A stretch of 20,674 nucleotides of DNA, taken from contig CAYLZE010000094.1 in assembly GCA_964388035.1 (NCBI GenBank), positions 1 through 20,674 of the forward strand. The letters are read 5' to 3'. Positions 1 to 8,550 of the stretch are shown here, piece after piece. Made by a program: the position numbers and the translations under genes. The notes under the pieces are model-generated. The model searched no databases. It was not told where the DNA came from and worked only from the letters and a program-made list of their open reading frames with translations. Numbering within the stretch: position 1 is the first letter of the stretch; the number at the start of each line of letters is the position of its first letter. The stretch is from an uncultured archaeon. GTDB taxonomy: Archaea > Asgardarchaeota > Lokiarchaeia > Sigyniarchaeales > SOKP01.

Positions 1-497
1 TCGACTGCATGATCTTGCTAGATATGGTAGGAGGCACGAATCTACAATTCATAAAGGAACAAAAATCCACTCCTTCTCTTCTGAAGGAATTATTTGAAAT
101 TGGTCAAGGATTGGATTATGTGCATGCTTTTCCTGAACATCCCACATCTGCTGCAATTACGGATGATCATGGGGCATTTCTTGAGAGGGGCATTCCCTCA
201 GCGGATCTCATCATTAACTTTTGGGATAATCCCGATTGGCCCTATCATCACACCACGGGAGATAACTTACAGCATATTTCAAAAATTAGCCTCGGAATAA
301 CGGGTAAAGTAATGGAACAATTCATGTATAATAACTATTTAAAGTTTTTTAATTTGACGTATAATGGCTATAAACCATGGAATAATCCTTTTATTCGTTT
401 TGATTTTGAAATATGGGCAATTATTCTAATTCCAACGGGACTGGTGGCTCTAATTATAATTTTATTACTATTTAAAAAGAAAAAAAAGGAGAAATGA
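1..497 (+). CDS. M28-family Zn peptidase / glutaminyl-cyclase-like protein, C-terminal part (5' truncated by window edge), with C-terminal membrane anchor
   Basis: Frame is open to the window edge (..DCMILLDMVGG). M28 motifs LLDMVG, DDH-x2-F-x3-GIP and YHHTxxD are present. Ends in a hydrophobic helix (IWAIILIPTGLVALIIILLLF) followed by KKKKKEK. Confidence 0.8.
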   Translation, partial: DCMILLDMVGGTNLQFIKEQKSTPSLLKELFEIGQGLDYVHAFPEHPTSAAITDDHGAFLERGIPSADLIINFWDNPDWPYHHTTGDNLQHISKISLGITGKVMEQFMYNNYLKFFNLTYNGYKPWNNPFIRFDFEIWAIILIPTGLVALIIILLLFKKKKKEK

Positions 498-776
498 AGA
501 ATTGGGCATTCTTCCTTATTTTTATAAATGACGGAAAATAATCTCATTACTTTTATGGTCCTATAGCAATTAACATCATAATTTTTGTATTAAGTATTAA
601 TTTAATTTTGGTATCATAATATTAAGTTTAATTCAGTTCTTATTCTAAGCGAAATCTTAATTGAAAATTTCATAAAAAAAAGATTGAACAGTGTTTCCAG
701 AGGTTAAATCAATATCTTTATTACATAAATATTATTAAATTAAATAATGAATTAGAGGTATCAGTATTGGAATATA

Positions 777-1577
777 ATGGAATTTTCTTTTAATCTCATC
801 CTTCTCTTAATAATTTTTGGTTTTCTTTTTGGATTCTTAGCGAGTTTAACAGGTACGGGGGGAGGACCTTTTTATGTTCCATTTTTAACTATTTTTATCA
901 ATGTGGCTATTCAAGAAGCAATTGACACCTCAATCATGATTATCCTTCTAACTTCATCGATTTCCCTTTATGCATTTTTAAAACAAAAAAGATGCAACAT
1001 CAAAATTGCATTAGTGTTTTCAATCTTTACGATTATTGGGAGTCTTATAAGCCAGCTTATTTTTTCAATATACCCATTAAACGGTGAATTTTTGATGGTC
1101 ATATTTGCGGCCTTACTTCTCGTCATTGCTGTAAATATGATATATAAGATTCGTAAGAATGATCAACAACAAGACACAAATGAAGGAGAAAATTGTGAAG
1201 AGAAGAATTTTCATACTTTTCGAGAGGATTTAAAAAAAGGAATCCCCTTTTTTATTTTCTCTGGTTTTGCTGCGAATTTGTTGGGAATTGGGGGCGGGGT
1301 CATTAATACTCCAGCATTACATTTGGTAATTGGATATTCGATCCATTTCGCAACGGGAATTTCCACGGCAATGGTATTTTTTACAGCATTATTTAATACG
1401 ATTATAAAGGTGATTATCGGTCAAATTGACTATACTCTTGCCCTAATAATGGGTCCTGGAGCGATGGTCGGGTCAGCTATTGGCGCTCATGTATCAAATA
1501 AAATGTCTAGTAAACTCCTTCAATTAGTAGTTGCGTGTATTTTAGTATTTTTAGCAATTCTCATGCTTGTAGCATAA
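777..1577 (+). CDS. TauE/SafE (DUF81) family membrane transporter
   Basis: 266 aa with about 8 hydrophobic segments in two repeated halves, each starting with the family G-x-GGG...P motif (GTGGGPFYVP; GIGGGVINTP). Confidence 0.88.
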   Translation: MEFSFNLILLLIIFGFLFGFLASLTGTGGGPFYVPFLTIFINVAIQEAIDTSIMIILLTSSISLYAFLKQKRCNIKIALVFSIFTIIGSLISQLIFSIYPLNGEFLMVIFAALLLVIAVNMIYKIRKNDQQQDTNEGENCEEKNFHTFREDLKKGIPFFIFSGFAANLLGIGGGVINTPALHLVIGYSIHFATGISTAMVFFTALFNTIIKVIIGQIDYTLALIMGPGAMVGSAIGAHVSNKMSSKLLQLVVACILVFLAILMLVA

Positions 1578-1812
1578 AGGGTATTGGATAAATACTAATA
1601 TTTTATTATAATCTACCAGTAAAATGAATCAAGTTAATAGACATTAAGTAAATAGTATTCGTTCAAAATTTGAAAATTATGAACTTATTGAATTTATTAT
1701 ATAATTCCAAATAAAATTCAGGAGTATCTTTTTAGTGAAGTAAATTTATAGGTAACTTTAAATTTTTATTATAATATAATTAGAACAAGTAGGAAGAGTA
1801 AAGTGCATTATT

Positions 1813-2589
1813 TTGAGTAGTTCTAAAAGAGATGCAAAGCAAAATGGCATGGGTAAGAAAAAAGGATTTTGGAATAAAGAGAATAAGAAAAAAATCCTGG
1901 TTTCTGTTTTTTTAATCGTTTTTGCATTTTCAGGATCGTATTTAATCTACTTTATATTACAAGTATCCCTGGATACTCCTACACCAATGGTAGTGGTAAT
2001 TTCTAGAAGCATGGAACCTAATATCAATGTAGGAGATTTATTATTTCTGCATGGCGTGGAAGATCCTTCTCAGATCAAGGTGGGAGATGTTATCGTGTAT
2101 GATGCAAGAGGTCTATGGTCGGGAGCCCCGAGTGATCCCATCGTCCATCGGGTAATAGAAAAAAAATTCGAAAATCAAAGCTGGTGGTTTTTAACGAAAG
2201 GAGATAACAATCATTATCCCGATCCCGCGTGGGTGCCCCAAGAAAATGTGATTGGGATCGTTGTTGGCCGAATTCCTTACGTTGGATATGTAAAAATCTT
2301 TTTGACGGATACTGGGCTTCTCGTGCCTCTTTTGGTAATATTATCTATCCTTCTTATAATTAGTATTGCTTGGGATTTCATCAAGAAGGATCAGGAGGAA
2401 GGAGAGGAGAAAAAAGAAAAGCAAAAGAAACTTCCTAAAACAAAAATGGGAAAAGAATTTACAAGTCCAGAAACGGCGCCGGAAAAAGAAAAAGTTGAGC
2501 CTGATGGAGCAGAATCGGAAGAAAAAGGTGATGAATATTTGGATACATTAGATGAAATGGATGATAGTAGCGATGATTTCGATTTTTAA
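1813..2589 (+). CDS. sec11: Signal peptidase I, archaeal/ER Sec11 type (S26B)
   Basis: N-terminal TM, catalytic Ser motif VVISRSMEP, GDLL, Ser-His type IVHRV, TKGDNN, second TM, then a charged acidic tail. TTG start is uncertain; ATG of MGKKK is an alternative. Confidence 0.9.
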   Translation: MSSSKRDAKQNGMGKKKGFWNKENKKKILVSVFLIVFAFSGSYLIYFILQVSLDTPTPMVVVISRSMEPNINVGDLLFLHGVEDPSQIKVGDVIVYDARGLWSGAPSDPIVHRVIEKKFENQSWWFLTKGDNNHYPDPAWVPQENVIGIVVGRIPYVGYVKIFLTDTGLLVPLLVILSILLIISIAWDFIKKDQEEGEEKKEKQKKLPKTKMGKEFTSPETAPEKEKVEPDGAESEEKGDEYLDTLDEMDDSSDDFDF

Positions 2590-2950
2590 AACTTCCATTA
2601 TTATTAAAACAATATTTAGACTTCTTAATTTTACTTTATTTGAAATTTGAAAAACATCACAATTTATTGATAATTTGTTCAAATTTTGGTTTGATTCTTA
2701 AATAACATAAATGAATTTTTTATAATTATTCTCAGTTTATACTAATAAACTTTAATAAATTCAAAAAATTTTTTATAAATGTCTTTTATCTTTCATTTGG
2801 ATAAGGAATAGTTATTGATTTGTATATAGGTAAAACACGTACAAAAGCAGTAATGCAATAACTCGTAATACAAAAGGAACAACGAAATTTAACACAATTA
2901 ATGAAAATATACTGAAATATATCTAAAAAACACAAAAAAGGAATTAAGAC

Positions 2951-3229
2951 ATGTCAAAGGATGAAAACGCTGTATATGTTGGAAGAAGGCCTACCATGAA
3001 TTATGTCATGGCCACCATGATGATTTTGAATAAAGGAGAAGATTGCACGATTAAAGCACGAGGTAGAGCCATTTCCCATGCTGTTGATGTGTGTGAAATT
3101 TTAAGGAATAGATTTCTTAAAGGCACTGAATATAAAGAGATCCGTTTAAGCACAGAACAGCTTGAAGGCGAGAATGGTCAAAATAACAATGTTTCTAGCA
3201 TTGAGATTGTCCTCGCACCTCCTAAGTAA
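2951..3229 (+). CDS. albA: DNA/RNA-binding protein Alba
   Basis: 92 aa with Alba signatures VYVGRRPTMNYV, IKARGRAISHAVDV and VSSIEIVL. Confidence 0.95.
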   Translation: MSKDENAVYVGRRPTMNYVMATMMILNKGEDCTIKARGRAISHAVDVCEILRNRFLKGTEYKEIRLSTEQLEGENGQNNNVSSIEIVLAPPK

Positions 3230-3239
3230 AATTTGAAAT

Positions 3240-3296
3240 AGAGAATTTGAAATTTCTCTTCAATAACGCACAATAACTAAATACTACTTTTTTTTT
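3240..3296 (+). terminator. Probable alba terminator
   Basis: Short inverted repeat AGAGAA/TTCTCT (3240-3259) and a T9 tract (3288-3296) after the alba stop codon. Confidence 0.45.
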
Positions 3297-3944
3297 ATTA
3301 TATATTGATTGTTTCCCTAGTAAATCGAGAAAAATGATCAATCTTTTTAATTTGTTAAGAAATTATAACTATTTTTGATTATTGTTCACCTATTTCGATA
3401 TTTTTACTATAATATGGAAACTTCCATCTTATTGAGCATTAAGGGCATTATCGTCGTAAGTGACGATATTACTCGAATTTTCGACGCGAATTTAGTAAGA
3501 AAATCCGTAGTTAATAGGGAAAAAAATTAAAAATAAGTTAGATTTTATTTAAATATTTTAATTTATAGGACATTATCATTCTTTATCTCACATTTGGTTG
3601 CGACACTTCAGCAGATCGGATGCTCATGTGGCGGAGGGAATATTTCTCTTTCCTCACCATTTAAATAATTCTCTTAAGTGAAATAATTAGATTATTACAT
3701 TCTGGTTTAATGGGAATATTTTTTCTAAAAATAAATCCGTGATGCTTTAATGAAGTTATCTAAAGGGTAAGAATTTTATAATTTTTTTATTAATTTTTAT
3801 TCGAAAAATGAGAATTGGAAACTGATCTTATTAAATTATCTGTAGAAATAGAAAACATTTAAATATTAGGTTCTTCAAATATTAAAATAACAGAACTATA
3901 ATAACAATTTTGTCACGCTAAGACGAGAACAATTTAAATGAGGT

Positions 3945-4160
3945 ATGGTTAAAATGCCAAAAAAAGCACAAAAAAAGGCAGTAGAGCCATTATATGTAAA
4001 GTCAAAAATTCGAGAATATATAAAAAGTAAGGGATTGAATACCAGTTCGGGTATACTTGATGGCAATATTTTAAATGACATTATTATAGAAAAGCTCAAT
4101 CGAGCCATTGACCGTGCAAAAGCTAATGGAAGAAAAACGATAAAAGCGAGAGATATATAA
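3945..4160 (+). CDS. Small histone-fold protein, alpha3-truncated type (Bd0055/face-to-face-like); likely true start at 3954
   Basis: LYVKSKIREYIKSKGLNTS...LNRAIDRAKANGRKTIKARDI contains the histone RKTxxxxD motif and ends one residue after it. GAGGT (3940-3944) abuts the first ATG and is correctly spaced for the second ATG at 3954. Confidence 0.85.
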   Translation: MVKMPKKAQKKAVEPLYVKSKIREYIKSKGLNTSSGILDGNILNDIIIEKLNRAIDRAKANGRKTIKARDI

Positions 4161-4193
4161 AAAACTAAAATAAATTTTTTTTTTACTTATATA
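4161..4193. terminator. Convergent terminator region between histone and rad50
   Basis: 33-nt gap between convergent stop codons with T10 on + (4175-4184) and A-runs on + (T-runs on -). Confidence 0.45.
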
Positions 4194-6902
4194 TTATTTT
4201 TTTAGAAATTGAACTTGAGTAATTTCCTTATCATCTTTTGTAAATTTTATGACATTATCAGCAATTTCCTCAAAGGTGTCATCATGAGAAATTACAAATA
4301 ATTGTTTGAATCCTTTAACATTTTGAATGCATTGTGCTAAATTCATTCTTTTCTCTGCATCTAAATTTGTTGTAGGTTCGTCAAAGAATGCGAAATCAAT
4401 ATTAGTTAAGATTTTCAGAATTGCCAATCTTACTGCCAAAGCAGCAGCCATTTGCTCACCTCCTGATAACTGCGAGAAACTTCTCTCACTTTCTGGAGAG
4501 ATGATAAGAATGTTGAAATCTTCTTCCCAAGCTAATCTAGAGGAATCTTCATTCATTAAATCACGATAAAGTTGGGAAGCTAGCACATTGATCTTACTTA
4601 ATAATGCCTTGGTAATTTTAGGAGCCGCTTCATCGAGCCAAATTCTTATATCTCTTGTTAAAGTAGTCAAGAAATCATACCATTCTTTTTTATCTTGAAA
4701 ATTTTTTAAATCTTTTTCTCTTTCGTTTATAATTTTTAATTCTTTTGCATTTTTTTCTAGTTGGGATTGTAAGTTTTTAATATTGGTTTCTAATTCGCTC
4801 TTTTTAGAAATTACTCTTTCCCTTTCCATTTGTATGCTATTAAACTTATTTTCATTAAATTCTGATTCTATTTCGCTTTTTTCCTTTAATTTATCATGTA
4901 GTTCAGAATCTTTTTCCCGCAATTTTGTATTCAATTCTTGTGTTGCTTTTTCTAATTGAGGTTCTTTTAAAGCAGCATTCTCGAATTTTTGATATAGATC
5001 ATGATTATTTCTCGTTTTCCTTAACAAATTTTTAATCTCTTTTAACTCGGCATTAACATGTTGAATCTCTCCGATTCTATTTTTAATGGGTGCTAATTGT
5101 ATAGAAATCGAGTTAATTTTCTGTTGGATGGTCTGGATTTCTTTCAGCAAGGAGGGGAGCATTTCTTCAATTTGCTTTTTTAAGAGTTGATACTCGTTTA
5201 CATCCTCTTGCATTAATTTTTCTTGAATTTTTAATTGTTCCAATTCTTGAACGAGGGGTGCACTTTTCTCAATAATTTTCTTCACACCATTTATTTCATC
5301 TATTAATTCTTCTCTACTTGATTTAATTAGTTGAAAGTTAGACTTATTGACGGCCAGAGCATCTAATTGCTCCCTAAAATGTACCAATTCTTTCACTTTT
5401 TTATTGATAATGCTGAGTTCTTTATTAATTGCCTCTATTTGATTATTATCTTCTTGTATTTTCTCTAGAAATATCTTTTTCAAGCCGTCATCACTTACAT
5501 TTTTGCAACTTTGATTTAAGAATGGACAATTTTGCTCTTTTGTTGCAGATTTATAACTTTCCATGTTTTTTAAATCAGTTTCAAGAACTAATATTTCTTG
5601 TTTCAACGCTTCTTGTTTATTTTCTAAGGAATCTAATATCTCCGTATTTTTTTTTATCCTTTCTTCTTGAGCTAGTTCATCATTTAATTGATAAAATTCC
5701 TTACTTGTTTTTCCATATTTGCTTTTTAATGTTTCCAATCTCTCCTCAGCATTAGCAATGACCGCTAATTCTCTCTGAATCCTTTCAATTTCTGAATGAA
5801 TGAGTTCAGCTTTTTTATTGGTAATTTCAAATGACGTTAAATTCTTTTGTGAGGATTCTATTTTTTCCTTTTCCTTATTCTTTTCTTCAAGAATTGCATG
5901 ATATTTAGTATTTAATTCATTGAATCCTTGTTGCCTTTCCTTTAGATTTTCCAATTCTTCATTAAGTTTTTCGCCCTTTACTTGTTTTTCTAATAATTCG
6001 AGGTGAATCAAGTGATCTTTTTTTGCTTTTTCACAAATCTCTGCAGCTTTTTTTGCTTCTTCAAGGGCTTTTTTGGACTCTTCGAGTTGATTTTGAATAT
6101 TTTCTTTCATGAGTAATAGTTGTTTTGCTTCTGAATTGATGATATCCCGCTTTTCTTTCACTTTATTTATATTTTCAAATTCTCGATTAAACTTATCTAA
6201 CTCTTTTTCTTTACCTTGTAATTCTTTAATTTCTTCTTTGAGAGTCTCATTTAATTCTTCTTCCTCAGTTTTGAGTTTCTCTTTCTCTAGTAAATATTCG
6301 GATAAATTCTGAATATAAATATCGATTTTCTCAATATCAGTGGAAAAATGTTGAACTACATCTTTCATTTTCTCCCAAGCTCTTCGATAAACATCGACTT
6401 GCAATATTGGGTTAAAGAAATTCATTCTTAATCTAGGCGTGCGCAAAAAAGGCTCGCAAAATGTTCCTTGAGGGATGCCTATGGAGGTCTCGAAAATTGT
6501 CGATAAATCATATCCTCCTTTTAGTGCAAACTGAGATTTCACCCAATTAATTAAGCTGGGTTTATCATTTATATTAGATATAATAACGCCAGTTCTTCCA
6601 TCTCGTACTTCAATCGTGTTGTTTGATTTTCCTATGGTTTTTTCTATAATAAAAAGATCGTCATTTAATCCCACCATCCACAATTTAACCATTCCATGAT
6701 TTGGATTAGTCTTAATGTCCGTACGAACATAAGATTTTTGTGTACCTGAAAGATAATCGAAGAGAACATATCCGATCATTTTTACGATGGTTGATTTTCC
6801 CGTGCCATTTTGACCCAGTAAAATGTTTAATCCTTCTTGAAATTCAATTATCGTTTTTTTATGGGTTGTTATGTTTTCTAATTCAATTTTTTTTATCAAC
6901 AA
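4194..6902 (-). CDS. rad50: Rad50/SbcC SMC-like ABC ATPase
   Basis: Walker A GQNGTGKS, Q-loop IPQG, long coiled coil with central CPFLNQSC, signature LSGGEQ, Walker B/D-loop FFDEPTTNLD, H-loop VISHD. GGAGGAGG RBS lies within the end of mre11. Confidence 0.93.
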   Translation of the reverse strand: MLIKKIELENITTHKKTIIEFQEGLNILLGQNGTGKSTIVKMIGYVLFDYLSGTQKSYVRTDIKTNPNHGMVKLWMVGLNDDLFIIEKTIGKSNNTIEVRDGRTGVIISNINDKPSLINWVKSQFALKGGYDLSTIFETSIGIPQGTFCEPFLRTPRLRMNFFNPILQVDVYRRAWEKMKDVVQHFSTDIEKIDIYIQNLSEYLLEKEKLKTEEEELNETLKEEIKELQGKEKELDKFNREFENINKVKEKRDIINSEAKQLLLMKENIQNQLEESKKALEEAKKAAEICEKAKKDHLIHLELLEKQVKGEKLNEELENLKERQQGFNELNTKYHAILEEKNKEKEKIESSQKNLTSFEITNKKAELIHSEIERIQRELAVIANAEERLETLKSKYGKTSKEFYQLNDELAQEERIKKNTEILDSLENKQEALKQEILVLETDLKNMESYKSATKEQNCPFLNQSCKNVSDDGLKKIFLEKIQEDNNQIEAINKELSIINKKVKELVHFREQLDALAVNKSNFQLIKSSREELIDEINGVKKIIEKSAPLVQELEQLKIQEKLMQEDVNEYQLLKKQIEEMLPSLLKEIQTIQQKINSISIQLAPIKNRIGEIQHVNAELKEIKNLLRKTRNNHDLYQKFENAALKEPQLEKATQELNTKLREKDSELHDKLKEKSEIESEFNENKFNSIQMERERVISKKSELETNIKNLQSQLEKNAKELKIINEREKDLKNFQDKKEWYDFLTTLTRDIRIWLDEAAPKITKALLSKINVLASQLYRDLMNEDSSRLAWEEDFNILIISPESERSFSQLSGGEQMAAALAVRLAILKILTNIDFAFFDEPTTNLDAEKRMNLAQCIQNVKGFKQLFVISHDDTFEEIADNVIKFTKDDKEITQVQFLKK

Positions 6903-6907
6903 TAGAT

Positions 6908-8527
6908 TTATTCCTCCTCCCTTTTTTTATCTTCGTCATCAATATAGTCATCCAAATCAAGTTCTAAATCTTCATATAATTCCAATTCTTTATCGTCCTC
7001 TTCTGTATCTTCTTCCTTATCTGTTTTTGGAATGACTTTCATATCTGGGGAATAAGTGTAATCTTCAATACTTAAGTCCTCTAAATCAATTCCGGAATCC
7101 TTAACAATTGGATTTAAAGCCATATCATGAAATTCTTCATAATTGATTATTGACCAACCTTTTATCCGTTCATTCAGGGAAGGATAATCAGGTTTCTTCA
7201 CGAGTAATCGCGTTTTTATATCATCAATTAAATCAACAATTTGGGTGGATTTAGCAGTGTATTTGGGATTTTGTTCTATGATTTGAAGGAAAATTTCTCT
7301 TTCCAACTCATCAATACTTTTCTCCTCACCAGAAGAATCGATATAATCTAATGTGGAAAATAACCCTTTTGAAAAGATTCTTACATCAAGTATTTCGAAA
7401 GTATCAAGAATTACATCTCTCAACTTTTTCATATCCAATTCAATCCGGGAATATGGTATTTCACCTTTTAAGGGAAGAATTATTATCATTTTATTCAAGT
7501 CTTCATCCGGGATCTTTTTCTCTTGCTTCTTCAAAGGAATTAGCCTTTTTAATTGCTCGACAATCATCTTAATAGCTTCCTCAAAAGAGGGAGATTGACT
7601 TATATCTATCGGTTCTAAAGAGAAGAATTTCCTATTAGGGATCATGTCATAATTCGTGCACCCATTATCAAATTCAATGAGTTCATAATTTTGTTGAAAT
7701 TTATCCATACTTTTAATTTCTGCCAAGATTATTCCTCTTTCACTCCTCCAATTATTATCCCAACTCTTCCCATCTAATTTGAGGGAAAACAATTCCCGGA
7801 TATTATTTACCTCGATGCTTCCGGGATTAAAAATCCATGGGTCCTCTTTTGGATGCACATAATATCGATGGTAATGCCCTAAAGCCATATAATCTATTTT
7901 TTCGTGTAATTGTTTAAAATCCTCCTCGTAACTAATCCCTGGTTTAGATTCATCGTAACCCTTTACTCCGAAATGCATTAAAAGGATATTGAACACGTCA
8001 GGATCTCTTTTTATTGCGTTGCTTATCGCGGGAAACAATTTTGGAGTAAAACTTCCATAAAAAGGTATTCCGTAAATGCAACAATCCTTAATACGAATGA
8101 ATCCTCCTCTTCGCGTATTCTCATAAAAGGGTAAAAATATAATTTCTTTCGAAGATACATCATAAAACCCCGATAATAAGACGATTAAATTCAAGTCAGC
8201 TAAAAAGCTCATCCAAGATTTAGAAGAGGATAAGGGATTATCATGATTTCCTTCAATGCATATTAATGGAATATCCTTATTTAACGTATTCCGACATTTA
8301 ATTTTAAAATCTTGAACAATAGTAAACACCTCACTCAAAACGGAAGGATCTATTTTTCGATTATCAAAAATATCTCCAGAAATTACAATAAAATCCACCG
8401 CTTTCTTCAAGGCAAAATTTAAGATTTGTTGAAAAGCATTAAAGTAATCTTTATATCTAATTTCTAAATTATATTGCTTTTTGCCAAGATGTAAATCAGA
8501 AACGTGAATAAATTTAAAAGGCTGCAT
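6908..8527 (-). CDS. mre11: Mre11/SbcD metallophosphoesterase nuclease
   Basis: All five phosphoesterase motifs present (SDLHLG, GDIFD, GNHD, MHFG, LGHYH). Lies 5 nt upstream of rad50. Very acidic C-terminus. Confidence 0.93.
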   Translation of the reverse strand: MQPFKFIHVSDLHLGKKQYNLEIRYKDYFNAFQQILNFALKKAVDFIVISGDIFDNRKIDPSVLSEVFTIVQDFKIKCRNTLNKDIPLICIEGNHDNPLSSSKSWMSFLADLNLIVLLSGFYDVSSKEIIFLPFYENTRRGGFIRIKDCCIYGIPFYGSFTPKLFPAISNAIKRDPDVFNILLMHFGVKGYDESKPGISYEEDFKQLHEKIDYMALGHYHRYYVHPKEDPWIFNPGSIEVNNIRELFSLKLDGKSWDNNWRSERGIILAEIKSMDKFQQNYELIEFDNGCTNYDMIPNRKFFSLEPIDISQSPSFEEAIKMIVEQLKRLIPLKKQEKKIPDEDLNKMIIILPLKGEIPYSRIELDMKKLRDVILDTFEILDVRIFSKGLFSTLDYIDSSGEEKSIDELEREIFLQIIEQNPKYTAKSTQIVDLIDDIKTRLLVKKPDYPSLNERIKGWSIINYEEFHDMALNPIVKDSGIDLEDLSIEDYTYSPDMKVIPKTDKEEDTEEDDKELELYEDLELDLDDYIDDEDKKREEE

Positions 8528-8550
8528 CTTGAAATCTCTCTTTTTATTTT

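Noticed and set aside
3591-3660. tRNA-like element because it ends in ACCA
   Set aside because: No cloverleaf, no TTCRA T-loop and no 7-bp acceptor stem.
3565-3674. Minus-strand frame reading ...HEHPIC-TGA-SVATKC..., suggestive of a Cys-Sec selenoprotein; ATGA/TGA stem suggestive of a SECIS
   Set aside because: The frame has an upstream TAA and no start codon. The stem above the ATGA is only 3-4 bp, too short for a eukaryote-like SECIS, and no selenoprotein gene is adjacent.
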